Source of the DNA: a virus
Strand: one strand, 5' to 3'
DNA: 64,000 bases
IMG/VR virus record: IMGVR_UViG_3300017992_000021
Coordinates: 1-64,000 of that record
Made by a program: the position numbers and the translations under genes. Positions 35,515 through 45,577 of this stretch are shown here, piece after piece; positions within the stretch are counted from its first letter, which is position 1; every line of letters starts with the position of its first letter. A model generated the notes under the pieces. It did no database searches and was not told the DNA's origin. It saw only the letters and a list, made by a program, of their open reading frames with translations.

Positions 35515-38500
35515 CTACGGGATAGCTGTTGCGGGGGCGTTCCCCAATCCTGCTCCTGCCGCCAGCGGCCTGCCTTGGCGCATGAGATCGATTATTACAT
35601 CGAGCCTCAGTTCAATGCCTCGGTTAGACGCCCGGAAAGCCTCTTCGACTTCCTTAATGGCTACAGTCGTCGTGCCTGAAATAACACCGCGTATCGCTTC
35701 GGTAGATTCTACTGCGCTCTCCACCGTATCTTGCACTACGGTAGCGTTTTCTTGTAGTTTTGACAACACGGCGCTGCCGATAAGTAGCGCGCCCTGCACC
35801 GCTAGTGCTGAAGTGGTACCGAGAACCTTGCTCAGCGCACTGGTAAGATTCTCCTGCAGGCCCTTAACAAAACTGGTTGTGACGTCGCCGAGGACCTGAT
35901 CAAATATCCGCTTAGCGAACTGCGCCGTCACGAATATCCAGTCTTGGATATCACGGCCTTGCTTGCGGGCCTCTTCGCGTGCCGTGCGTATCGACTCCTT
36001 CAATGAACCGTCAATAGCACCGCTGAATATCTCGCCGACAGAACTTGCGACCGGCGCGGAAATCTTCTCGTCAACGAATGGCCGTACGAGGATCTCGATT
36101 TCGCGGTCCTTTAATGCTTCCTTGACACGCTCTACAAGCCCCTCGATGTTGTCGAGATCAACACCAAAGTCGACATCGACGCCCTCTTCCTTGAGAGCCT
36201 TCTTGAGTTCGTCCGCTGATAGGGCGGCATCGTTGAGGATCTTCCTGATCGACAAAACCTCATTACGGAAGTCCCGCGCGCCACTGACATCGAAATCCGT
36301 TGTCGGTTCTACGGCGCCTCGCGCTCGGGCGCGTTCACGCTTTGATTCTTCACGAGTGATTTCCCGCTCAGCGGCTGCTCGTGCCTGCGCGACGATCTTC
36401 AGTGTGTTTACACGATCAAGGATGTTCTCCCGCGTTTGCAATTGGCGATCGAGTAAGCCAACCGTCTCGCCAGCAATGCGCAGTGATTCTGCATCGCCTT
36501 CGCCAATCGTAGCTTCGATTCGCTGCTTGAATTCAGCAAACCGCGCCGCGATCTCGCCGCGAGACATGGCGGATTCGAGCGCCTCCGCACCGAGATCGCT
36601 TAGTCCCTCGGACATGAGATTGCGGATCTCTTCGGCCTTCTTGATTACCGGTTGCGTAACATCGAGATTTTCCAGCCAAGTGAACAACACTTCTGGCAGC
36701 GGGTTTTCCAACTTCAGATGCTCGGCAGCGCGCGGCGCCAACGTCTGAAGCGCGTCATTAAACGCATCGGTAGCCATCTGTGCTTGTTCAGCAAACTTCT
36801 TCGCCGACTCTGCGTCGCCAACAAACAGAGCGTTGCGAGCGTTTTTCAGAGACTCCGCTCGGTCTTGTAGCGCCTTGTCGATATCAAACGCCGCCTTCTG
36901 TGCGGACGCGCTGGCGAGATTAGTCTTTTCCGCTTCAGCCGCTTGGAATATCAGGTCGATGCGTGTCTTGAGCAGGCCCGCCTCTTCTTGCTCGCGCTTA
37001 ACGATCTGCGTTAGAACTTGCAGGCGTTCTTTCTCGATATCGTGCATCACTCGGCCAAGACGGTCGATCTTACCGGTAATGTCGACGATGCCTTGATTGA
37101 ATTCAAGCTGCTGCGTTTGAACCGCGATAAACGCCGGAATGAGGTTTTCCAGCTTTACGCGCATCTCGATGAATTCACGTACAACCTCGTGAGCAGCCTC
37201 ACGTACCTCTTCAGTGCTGGCACCAAGATTGGCCATCTCCTGCTCACGTCGTATGACCTGCTCAGCGATTACGTTTTCGATATTCGTGAACAGGTCAGCA
37301 AAAGCCGGTGAAGCATCTTCTGCGGCGCGCAAGCCATTGATTAGCGATTGACCGATGTCTTGTCCGAGCCGATCCGCTACGACTGCCATTTCACCGATGA
37401 TACCTTGTACCGCCTCGGCTTGTCCCGCCGCGATATCTCCCGGTTTAATGAAACCGAGTGCTACAGCGTTTCGCAACGCCTGTTGAAGTTCAACCGCACT
37501 TGCAGTTGCGGAGTCTAGTTCCCGCAGACTAGTCGCTCTAGCGGCCAGCAGCCCCTTTTCGATAACCTTCTGTTGACTGGATAGCAGGACGTTACGGTCG
37601 ATAAGATCGTTCTGTTTCTCTAATTGCGCCGTGATGCGCTCATTTGAAATGAACAAATCATCGAACTGTCGACGTAACAGTTCTGCATCCCCACCCATCG
37701 ATTCAAGGGCTCGCTCAACATCACCCCGAGCTACTAACTGGTCAACAAAATCACCGAAATTGTCGGTCAGACCATCGAGCATTCCGTTGGTTTTATCAAT
37801 AGCATTTGAAGCATTAGAGAGGAACTGCTCAAAACTTACGGTTTCAAAACCGAGATCCTTGCCTATGTCGATCTTGTCGGGAGTACCTACAAGTTCTTCT
37901 GCCGCATCTACAAACGGGATGACGTCGACTTTATCAATTACGAACTTGATCAATTCCACAAAACCCGTCTGCACCGTGTTCAGTATCCAGTTAATGACGC
38001 CGATGCCGACGCCACGGATCTGACTCCACGCAAATGTAGCAAACTCCTTTACCGCCGCACCAGCTACGGCCAGCAGCCGGATTTTGAATAGTATTACCTC
38101 TAGCAACAGCTTGGGTATCGCCGCCTTTAACTTGGAAGGCATCGCTTCAATCGCAAGTTCTATAGTCAGAAGCAGCAGCTTGAAGCCCGACCGGATTAAT
38201 GCGAATAACGCCTGTGTCAAGAACGTCATCAATCCTGTAGCGACGGCAGACACATCCTGTATAAAGTTACTGACACCATTGGTTGCTTCGAACCAACGCA
38301 TGCGGATGAACCTGACAATCTCAGCAATGGTGCCGAACACAACGCGGGCTATAAACCTCACCCAAACTATGATTTTCCCGATAAGGTCGTTGCCGTCGCT
38401 GTCGATTTCCTTGAACAAGTTTTCTAGGAACGGCGCTAGCTCCTCAAAAATGACAAGCTTGATGCGCTCGAACACCTGCTCAATCTGGACGGTTATCTTT

Positions 38501-41500
38501 TGGAACAGTTTCGCGTTCTCAACAGCTTCATCGCCAATCGGTGGAATCTTCGCCGCCGATCGAAGGGCAGAATTGATGTCGGTAGTGGCGTCAAGGATAA
38601 CGCCCTTGAGATCGCCAAACTGTGCGCCTATCAGTTGCAGCACCCGTTGCTGTTCAGTCGCCGTAAACACGCCCGCACGTAGTGCCTCTACGATGCGGAA
38701 GAATATCTCATCGGGACTGAGTTCCTGCAATCGGTCGAAGGTGACCCCCATCTTGGAGAAGATTAGCGACAGGTCGCCGACACCACCCTCTTCAATCATG
38801 CGGTCAACACTCGACCGTAGCTGTATGAACGCCTGCTGCGTTTGTGATGCTTGAACCCCGAGCATTTCAAACGCGCGGGTGATCCGATCAAAATCCGCAA
38901 GGTCGACTTCAGCCGTAACCGCTTGACGCTTGAGTTCCGTGATGCGGGCGGCGGCGTCCTTAACGAAGTTGAATATCGATGTCGTCGCCGACCGTATAAG
39001 AGAAATAGCGCCAGTAATGACCCCCGCTACAGCCTTGGACACAGCAGCCGCTATCTTGAGGGGGATCGTGACTACTTTTGCTGTGAATTTACCTAGCAGT
39101 TTCAGTAGCGCGTTCAGTGCACCGCCGATACGAGGCCCGAGTACTAATGAGAACGCCCCGGCGATCTTGAAGGGCACCTGTACCAGCGACTCGCCTTGCT
39201 TAGCGACCGCTGTAAAAGTACCGGCAACTAGATTGCCGAATCCTTTAACCGTACCTTCCAGCACCTTGAAGCTGTCTTGCCAGACATCGGTAACTCCGCC
39301 ACGGAAGAAATTCGCCGCGAATTGCCTGAGCGCGCCGACACCGCGCATCATGCTCTCACCCATCAGCGGACCCATCTTGGCCATGCTGAGGATTGCTTCA
39401 CGCAGCGGACCGAACTTGGGCAACGAACTCGGCGTCTGATCCTTGACGCCGGTCTTGAAAACGTCCGTAACCGCAGCTTGGATATCAGGCTTGCCTGCGC
39501 GGATACCCTTAGCCACAAGCTGCATCGTCATCAGACCCTTTTGTACAAAGGTCTGCTGCTGGGCGCCGATGGTCTGTGAGATCGAGTCCAACACTCCACG
39601 CACGGATGCAGCAAAATCAGCACGCAGTTTGACGTCCTTGGTCGGTAAACCTTCCTTTAGTCGCTGCTGTACAAGCGCGCGAATTTGTTTCGGATCAAGG
39701 CCGCTACGGATACCTTCGAGGATGCCTTCTGTAGCGATGCGCTTGGCCTTGGTGCGCATTTCAGCGGGCAGCTTGGTGATGTCCTTAATAAGCTGATTTT
39801 TGAGCGCACGACCAATATTGTTTAGACCCTCAGTAACCTTGGCGAGTTCCTGTACGGTCTTAACACTGAATTCCTTGAGCACCTTCTGTGCAAAAACAGG
39901 ATTTCGGCTCAATTCTCGGAAGAACTTCTTGAGACCTGATTCGAGCGCCTCCAGTTGCTGCGGCGCACCCCGGCCAATCTTGGCGATCGACAACCGGAAT
40001 GCTTCAAGGGGCTCGGCGCCCTTCTTAATCTCGTCAGCGAACTTAACAATGGGACTGTTCCGCAAGTTGCGCGCTGAACCGGATACGTCGCGGAATATTT
40101 GGGCAAGCGATTCACGACCTTTACCGGCAGCTACGATAACCGCAAGTAGCTTACGTAAGTCACCACCCTCGATTCCTGCGGTGGCCTTCGCGGTTGTTTC
40201 CGCCACAGCGCCCTTCAGCGAGGCTGCGGTCTTGCGGACCTCGGCGTTATACTCCTTCGTAGTAAGTACTGAGGCATCAATTACCTGCGCCTGCTCACCG
40301 AGAGACTCGATAACCGCCTTCGCATTAACGTCCATCGCGGATGACGTAGCGGGGTCTACAATGCGCGCTGCTGAGACCTTACCCGCAGCAGCACCTGCAA
40401 TATCCTCGCGTACGCGCTGCTGTGTGAATTTCAGATCCGCTTCCAGAGCAGCGATGCTCGCACCCAACGTACCCATCTTGATAGAGCCATCAGCGAGCGA
40501 TTTCTTGAACACCTCGGCTTGCTGGTCTGTCAAACCAAGCTCATTCTGTAGTTCCTTGGTGATCCGCAGTTCGCCTTCTTGGATGGCGTTGAACGCTGAC
40601 ATAATGTTCAACTGCTTTTCGCGCATGGCCGAAGCCTTCTCCTGCGCGACGCGTACATCCTTAACAGTACGGATAGTGGCGGCTTCTTCAGCGGCGCGAT
40701 CGATGATTGCTTGAACTTCTGCAGCTTCAGCACCAAGTAGCTTCTTCGTCATCGCCTCGCGTTGGGCGGTACGAATTACTTCCTGCTGAGTGTTCCTAAC
40801 GATTACTTCGTTGAGCTTCTCGAATACAGCGTCGGTATCGGTCAGTTCATCAGAAGTGATGCCGAACATGTTAAGCAGGTCCTGCATCCGGGAACGCATG
40901 GTGCCCATGATGCGGTTATTCGCGCCCATAGCGTTGGCGTTTTCAAGAACCTCGGCAGTAGCATTTTCAAACTGCTTGGAATTCTCTACGATCTTCCTAC
41001 CGAGATCACGACGCTCATTGGTGAGATCCGTACGTCCTTCGACGGTGTACTTCTCAGTGACATCCGTAATCGATTTTCGCAATGCGTCCGTCACGCCATC
41101 GACTTCACCAAGACTATCGCGCAACGTCTCACTACGCCTGTTGAGTTCTTCGTTACGGCTCGCCAGATCCGAAATGGTCTTCTCGAACAGATCGAGATTC
41201 GCATCGGGCGGCAAATGCGCCTTCATACTCTCAAGCGCCTCAATGGTGTCGTCGAACTCAACAACTAAGCCGCGTATTGAGCCGGGCGTCTTACGTAGCT
41301 CGCCTTGAATCTGCTCAATATTACCAGCATCGAATTTCGAGAACTTGATGAGGCCATCAGCGTACGCCTTTTCGGCGCTGGTCATCAACTTGCGAACCTC
41401 TTCTGCCGAATCAAGTGACTGCTTCGCGCCACGCAGTTCCGCAGCTAGCTCAGCGCCAAGGATATCGAGTTGATCTTGATTGGCGACTAGTTCGGCTTCC

Positions 41501-44397
41501 TCTTCACGCGTCAGGGCCGCCTGACCGCCACGCGCCAGCATGGAACGCAGTTGTCCTTGACGGATATTCAACTGCGTAATCTGCTCATTGAGTTCGTCGA
41601 TCCGCGTTACCGCAGTTCCGAGGCGATCCTTGTATGCCTTAACCGCACCTTGAAGTTCCATCAGGAACTCAGTATTGCCGCCCAGCGCCAGATTGAAATC
41701 CGTCGTTGTCGCCGAGATGATGTTGGCGACCTTTTCCAGACCCATCGCTTTATCGGTGGCGGCATTAAGTGCGCGCTCCTCTTGCTGCAGTTGCTGGAAC
41801 AACCGTACGTTGAGTTTCTCTGCCACCTCCGCACGTTCTGACAGGCTTTGCTGTACCGACTGGAGTTGCTTGCGCTGCTGGAGTTCCTGCTGCAGACGTA
41901 TTTCTCGTGCCTCAGGAGATTCTTCGCCACGCGCTCCTCGACCGGAGAGGAATCCGAATACGCCGCCGAGACCACCGAGCGCCTTGCTCAACAGTCCGCT
42001 GATGGCACCGGCGCCTTTCGTAAGCACTTTGGTGAGTGCCGCTAACGGGCCTTCGGCGAACATGAACTTGAAAGCGTCGCTCTCTTTAACCTTACCGCCG
42101 ATGACGCGTAAGCCGTCCACCATCGCCTTGGCGCCACGCGTTACAAATTCTGCAGCAGTAAATGCGCCGGTGAACGATTGCCCGACAAGAGAACCGAGAC
42201 CCTTTACAGTGGTACGCAGGAGGGCGACCGTAGCCCGGCGACTAAACGGTGCGACAAGAACCGTACCCAGTGCGGCGAGACCAGTTTTAAATGCCGTCAC
42301 GAAAAGATTAGATCCGCGCTTGGCGGTCTTTTCTATGGCGGCTTGGAACTTCTCATCACCTAAAGAAACGACTCTCAGTATGGTCTCGATAATCGGGGCT
42401 GCCGCGCGTTCACCGCGAACGACCGTCTTGACTAGGAACTGACCGAGTTCTTTCAGGGAATCCGATATGCCGGTTTTCACCTTATCGAAAATGAACTTGG
42501 TGAAGCCTCCAGTGCGTGCAAACAGCCCGCCGATTGTCAGGCTGGCTTTGTTAATCTCTTCGCGTGCCACAGTAATTGCTGCAGCAGTGAGGTTCTTCAC
42601 GCCGCGTATCGCCGTCGGTACGAGAACGGCACCGATACCTGCGGCGAGCACCGTATTGCCTTGCGTGATCAGAGCCCCGATAAATCCCACCGGGTCGGCG
42701 GAAGTAATCGCGGTAAACGCAGCCGACATAATATTCGAAACACGCGTAGCGATGCCGCCCGGCGTAACATCACCGAACAAAGCAGAAAGTTGCGGACCTA
42801 CGAGGTTCGTGATTCCCCGGAAGAAATTACTGACTAAGCTGAACACCACACCGAAGGTGCTCTCCACGAGACTGATGGCCCCCGCTTTATCAGATGGTCG
42901 CCCTAAAAGCGCCACACCGAGGAGACCGCCAATGCCGGGGAGAGCGACAGTGGCCAGCATGCCGGATGCAATCTTGGCTGCCTTAATAAGAGAAGACCCC
43001 AGCCTGCGTCCGGTTTCAGCAGTTCTGGGGCCAGCCATTTCGTCGAGATTGGTCTTGGATGCTTCTTCGCGCGCCATACGCAGCGCCTTAGCAGTCCGCT
43101 CGACTACAGCAGCCGGTCCCGCGCGATCTCCCCCACCAGCGGAGACCTTACTGAAGAGACCTGCGAACTTCGCTGTTAAGTCATCGAGAGATCGGCTCAT
43201 TCGAGCGAATCCATCGTCGAGACGTTTGAACAGCATGCGGAAGTTCGCGTCAAGGTTCTTGATTGTTTTGACCACCTCCTTGAAGTCAGTAATTAGATCC
43301 TTGACGCGTTTGTTAAAGCCGCCCTTCGCGAACTGGTTGATCATCTTCGCGATAGGCTTGGCATTCTTTGCAACGGCTTCGAAAATAGGGAACATCTGGC
43401 GCAGCGCGCGCAGGAATAGCGTTGTTGCCGCACGACCATCGCCGAGACTGGCTCGCAAACCTAGCAGGAACCGACTTACCTTCGCAGATAAGAACCGCAC
43501 TCCGGCTATAGCTGTGGTTGCGAGACCAACTATCGGAACGAGCGCACCACTCAATCCTGCCAGACCTGTCTGGATAGCAATGATCGTAGTAGATATGGTA
43601 GTCAGCGCCGACGTGATGAAGAATAGCCGTTCCACAGCAATTCTCGTCTTCGCCAGCAGACCAACTAGACCATCATTCAACGCGGCTACCAACTGGGTGA
43701 ACCGCGCCAGTGAACCCTCAGGTTTCTTCGACAAGAAACCCAAAAACAGTGAGGTGAATGCACGTAGCGTACCTAGCAGAATACCCGTCGCTGAAGCTAA
43801 CCCTAACGCACTTTGTGCGCCTTCAGCCAGCAAGTGCAGCAGCTTAGGAACATTCAGCGTGAACAGCACCCCCATGAATTCCTTCATGCGTGATAACAGT
43901 AAATTGGAACCGTCATCTGCCACCTTGAAAATAGAAGGCAACAGTGCGCGGATATCAAACCCGCTCATGACCAATTTCTGTATCAGCACAGAAAGTCCCA
44001 ATAGCTGGCCGAGCAACAACGGGCTGATGCGTTTTGTGGAGTCAGCCAGTTTAGAGAAGAAATTGGTAACCCCATCAGTAGCGGTTTGCTGGAGATCATC
44101 CACGCTTTTACCAATGGTGTTCTTCATCTGACGTGCGGTATTTCCTAACCGCCCGTCCATCATGTCGAAAACGCGCGTAACGACCTGACCGAACTTTTCT
44201 GCGAGATCCGCCAATTTGGTGGCGCTGGCTTCAATCTTGTCGAGTTTCGATAGCGCGGCGTCATCAATCTGGACCTTGATGGTCGTCTTACCGGTGGTGA
44301 CTTTGTTCAGCTTCTTCTGTAAATCGTCGATCCCCTTGAACACCTTGTCCAAGTTGGATACGAAATTGACAGCAACTTCGCCGATATTCAGAGGCAT
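35515..44397 (-). CDS. Tail tape measure protein (2960 aa)
   Basis: Very long, Ala/Gly/Leu-rich and helical with hydrophobic stretches; follows tail tube and chaperones; IGEVAVNF N-terminus. Confidence 0.92.
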   Translation of the reverse strand: MPLNIGEVAVNFVSNLDKVFKGIDDLQKKLNKVTTGKTTIKVQIDDAALSKLDKIEASATKLADLAEKFGQVVTRVFDMMDGRLGNTARQMKNTIGKSVDDLQQTATDGVTNFFSKLADSTKRISPLLLGQLLGLSVLIQKLVMSGFDIRALLPSIFKVADDGSNLLLSRMKEFMGVLFTLNVPKLLHLLAEGAQSALGLASATGILLGTLRAFTSLFLGFLSKKPEGSLARFTQLVAALNDGLVGLLAKTRIAVERLFFITSALTTISTTIIAIQTGLAGLSGALVPIVGLATTAIAGVRFLSAKVSRFLLGLRASLGDGRAATTLFLRALRQMFPIFEAVAKNAKPIAKMINQFAKGGFNKRVKDLITDFKEVVKTIKNLDANFRMLFKRLDDGFARMSRSLDDLTAKFAGLFSKVSAGGGDRAGPAAVVERTAKALRMAREEASKTNLDEMAGPRTAETGRRLGSSLIKAAKIASGMLATVALPGIGGLLGVALLGRPSDKAGAISLVESTFGVVFSLVSNFFRGITNLVGPQLSALFGDVTPGGIATRVSNIMSAAFTAITSADPVGFIGALITQGNTVLAAGIGAVLVPTAIRGVKNLTAAAITVAREEINKASLTIGGLFARTGGFTKFIFDKVKTGISDSLKELGQFLVKTVVRGERAAAPIIETILRVVSLGDEKFQAAIEKTAKRGSNLFVTAFKTGLAALGTVLVAPFSRRATVALLRTTVKGLGSLVGQSFTGAFTAAEFVTRGAKAMVDGLRVIGGKVKESDAFKFMFAEGPLAALTKVLTKGAGAISGLLSKALGGLGGVFGFLSGRGARGEESPEAREIRLQQELQQRKQLQSVQQSLSERAEVAEKLNVRLFQQLQQEERALNAATDKAMGLEKVANIISATTTDFNLALGGNTEFLMELQGAVKAYKDRLGTAVTRIDELNEQITQLNIRQGQLRSMLARGGQAALTREEEAELVANQDQLDILGAELAAELRGAKQSLDSAEEVRKLMTSAEKAYADGLIKFSKFDAGNIEQIQGELRKTPGSIRGLVVEFDDTIEALESMKAHLPPDANLDLFEKTISDLASRNEELNRRSETLRDSLGEVDGVTDALRKSITDVTEKYTVEGRTDLTNERRDLGRKIVENSKQFENATAEVLENANAMGANNRIMGTMRSRMQDLLNMFGITSDELTDTDAVFEKLNEVIVRNTQQEVIRTAQREAMTKKLLGAEAAEVQAIIDRAAEEAATIRTVKDVRVAQEKASAMREKQLNIMSAFNAIQEGELRITKELQNELGLTDQQAEVFKKSLADGSIKMGTLGASIAALEADLKFTQQRVREDIAGAAAGKVSAARIVDPATSSAMDVNAKAVIESLGEQAQVIDASVLTTKEYNAEVRKTAASLKGAVAETTAKATAGIEGGDLRKLLAVIVAAGKGRESLAQIFRDVSGSARNLRNSPIVKFADEIKKGAEPLEAFRLSIAKIGRGAPQQLEALESGLKKFFRELSRNPVFAQKVLKEFSVKTVQELAKVTEGLNNIGRALKNQLIKDITKLPAEMRTKAKRIATEGILEGIRSGLDPKQIRALVQQRLKEGLPTKDVKLRADFAASVRGVLDSISQTIGAQQQTFVQKGLMTMQLVAKGIRAGKPDIQAAVTDVFKTGVKDQTPSSLPKFGPLREAILSMAKMGPLMGESMMRGVGALRQFAANFFRGGVTDVWQDSFKVLEGTVKGFGNLVAGTFTAVAKQGESLVQVPFKIAGAFSLVLGPRIGGALNALLKLLGKFTAKVVTIPLKIAAAVSKAVAGVITGAISLIRSATTSIFNFVKDAAARITELKRQAVTAEVDLADFDRITRAFEMLGVQASQTQQAFIQLRSSVDRMIEEGGVGDLSLIFSKMGVTFDRLQELSPDEIFFRIVEALRAGVFTATEQQRVLQLIGAQFGDLKGVILDATTDINSALRSAAKIPPIGDEAVENAKLFQKITVQIEQVFERIKLVIFEELAPFLENLFKEIDSDGNDLIGKIIVWVRFIARVVFGTIAEIVRFIRMRWFEATNGVSNFIQDVSAVATGLMTFLTQALFALIRSGFKLLLLTIELAIEAMPSKLKAAIPKLLLEVILFKIRLLAVAGAAVKEFATFAWSQIRGVGIGVINWILNTVQTGFVELIKFVIDKVDVIPFVDAAEELVGTPDKIDIGKDLGFETVSFEQFLSNASNAIDKTNGMLDGLTDNFGDFVDQLVARGDVERALESMGGDAELLRRQFDDLFISNERITAQLEKQNDLIDRNVLLSSQQKVIEKGLLAARATSLRELDSATASAVELQQALRNAVALGFIKPGDIAAGQAEAVQGIIGEMAVVADRLGQDIGQSLINGLRAAEDASPAFADLFTNIENVIAEQVIRREQEMANLGASTEEVREAAHEVVREFIEMRVKLENLIPAFIAVQTQQLEFNQGIVDITGKIDRLGRVMHDIEKERLQVLTQIVKREQEEAGLLKTRIDLIFQAAEAEKTNLASASAQKAAFDIDKALQDRAESLKNARNALFVGDAESAKKFAEQAQMATDAFNDALQTLAPRAAEHLKLENPLPEVLFTWLENLDVTQPVIKKAEEIRNLMSEGLSDLGAEALESAMSRGEIAARFAEFKQRIEATIGEGDAESLRIAGETVGLLDRQLQTRENILDRVNTLKIVAQARAAAEREITREESKRERARARGAVEPTTDFDVSGARDFRNEVLSIRKILNDAALSADELKKALKEEGVDVDFGVDLDNIEGLVERVKEALKDREIEILVRPFVDEKISAPVASSVGEIFSGAIDGSLKESIRTAREEARKQGRDIQDWIFVTAQFAKRIFDQVLGDVTTSFVKGLQENLTSALSKVLGTTSALAVQGALLIGSAVLSKLQENATVVQDTVESAVESTEAIRGVISGTTTVAIKEVEEAFRASNRGIELRLDVIIDLMRQGRPLAAGAGLGNAPATAIP

Positions 44398-44400
44398 GAA

Positions 44401-44859
44401 TTATCCCCCCGGTCCGACAGGCATACGATTCACCTGAGAAACCAGATCACCTGCACTCGCAGTTTCGAGGTTGGCAGCGTTAACGACAGACCATGGCGCA
44501 CCTGTCGGTACACCGGTTAGCTTGGCCATCGCTATGTCTATTTTTTGTGCCACTTGGAGTCTCTTCTGCGCTTTCTCATCCTCAGATACGGGCCTGCTAC
44601 GTCGTGGCGCAGGCGCATATTCTGCTGGATTATTTACGATTGGCTCCCCGGTAATCATTCCGTGCATTAACTCAAGCTGATATTCCAGATCCTCAGAGTG
44701 AGCTTGTGCTTGTTCGCCTACTCGCTGAGCCTGTTCGCCCACCTCCTTGGATATCAGAGAGCCCATTGTGAGCAGCATCAGCATGCTCTGGGTCCTCTGA
44801 TCGTCAATGGCCTTCTTGATGGAAATAAGCAGGTAGGTTTTAAAGTCCTTCAAGGTCAT
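44401..44859 (-). CDS. Tail assembly chaperone, T-type ORF (probably reached by -1 frameshift)
   Basis: Frame is open far upstream into the preceding gene in the -1 register. Confidence 0.65.
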   Translation of the reverse strand: MTLKDFKTYLLISIKKAIDDQRTQSMLMLLTMGSLISKEVGEQAQRVGEQAQAHSEDLEYQLELMHGMITGEPIVNNPAEYAPAPRRSRPVSEDEKAQKRLQVAQKIDIAMAKLTGVPTGAPWSVVNAANLETASAGDLVSQVNRMPVGPGG

Positions 44860-44948
44860 GTTCAGCCGAATATCATCGAGACTGAACCCGTTGGAGACCA
44901 GTACCTGCTCAGCTTGAGCGAAACTCAGCCGCTCGCCGCCTAGTCCTT

Positions 44949-45434
44949 CTAGGCGTCCACCGTCGTCAATTGCGCGCTGGAGTCTTCTGCCGGGGTCTCC
45001 GTCTTCTTCGTCAGAAACTCCAGTTTCTGTTTTAGGCTGCCGTCCTCCACGTTGACCTTGTACACGGCCTGCGTTAGCGTTATTACATCGCCCATGGAGA
45101 GGTTCTCGGTGTCTTCCTTCTTGAGACCGTGGTAATTCTTGTCCTCTTCCTCGACGGTAGACGTGCAGATAATATCGACGAGTTCGTCGTAATTATTTTC
45201 CGCAATCTCAAGGATGACGTCGAGCCAGTCCACAGCCTTACCCAGATCAAGCAAACCGTCCTCTGACCGCAGGCTGCCTAAATCGAGCACGTTACGCTCT
45301 CTAAGCACGCTGAGGATCTTTCGGAATTTACCCATCACCGTCACGGCGCGAAACGCCGTGAATTCCTGAATGAGCAAAACCCTCCCGCTGCTCAGTTCGA
45401 CTTCGGTTGAAGCCGCTGTTTCAATCCGCTTCAT
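44949..45434 (-). CDS. Tail assembly chaperone, G-type
   Basis: Between tail tube and tape measure; GGAGG RBS. Confidence 0.7.
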   Translation of the reverse strand: MKRIETAASTEVELSSGRVLLIQEFTAFRAVTVMGKFRKILSVLRERNVLDLGSLRSEDGLLDLGKAVDWLDVILEIAENNYDELVDIICTSTVEEEDKNYHGLKKEDTENLSMGDVITLTQAVYKVNVEDGSLKQKLEFLTKKTETPAEDSSAQLTTVDA

Positions 45435-45520
45435 TTTTCCTCCAGAAAATCGTTGAAAAAACCGACACAAGAAGTTCCGCAACTTCTAATAGCCATAATA
45501 GCTAATTCGGATAATGAAGT

Positions 45521-45552
45521 GGGAAAGAAAAAGGGCTGCCGAAGCAGCCCTT
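45521..45552 (-). terminator. Intrinsic terminator after the major tail gene
   Basis: AAGGGCTGC-TTCG-GCAGCCCTT + TTTCTTT. Confidence 0.85.
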
Positions 45553-45577
45553 ATTCCGCAAAGGATTAGAGCATCCT

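Noticed and set aside
35582-44131. Long plus-strand ORFs (e.g. 42467-44131, 554 aa) opposite the tape measure
   Set aside because: Antisense shadows of a codon-biased gene; Ser/Pro/Arg-rich with no motifs
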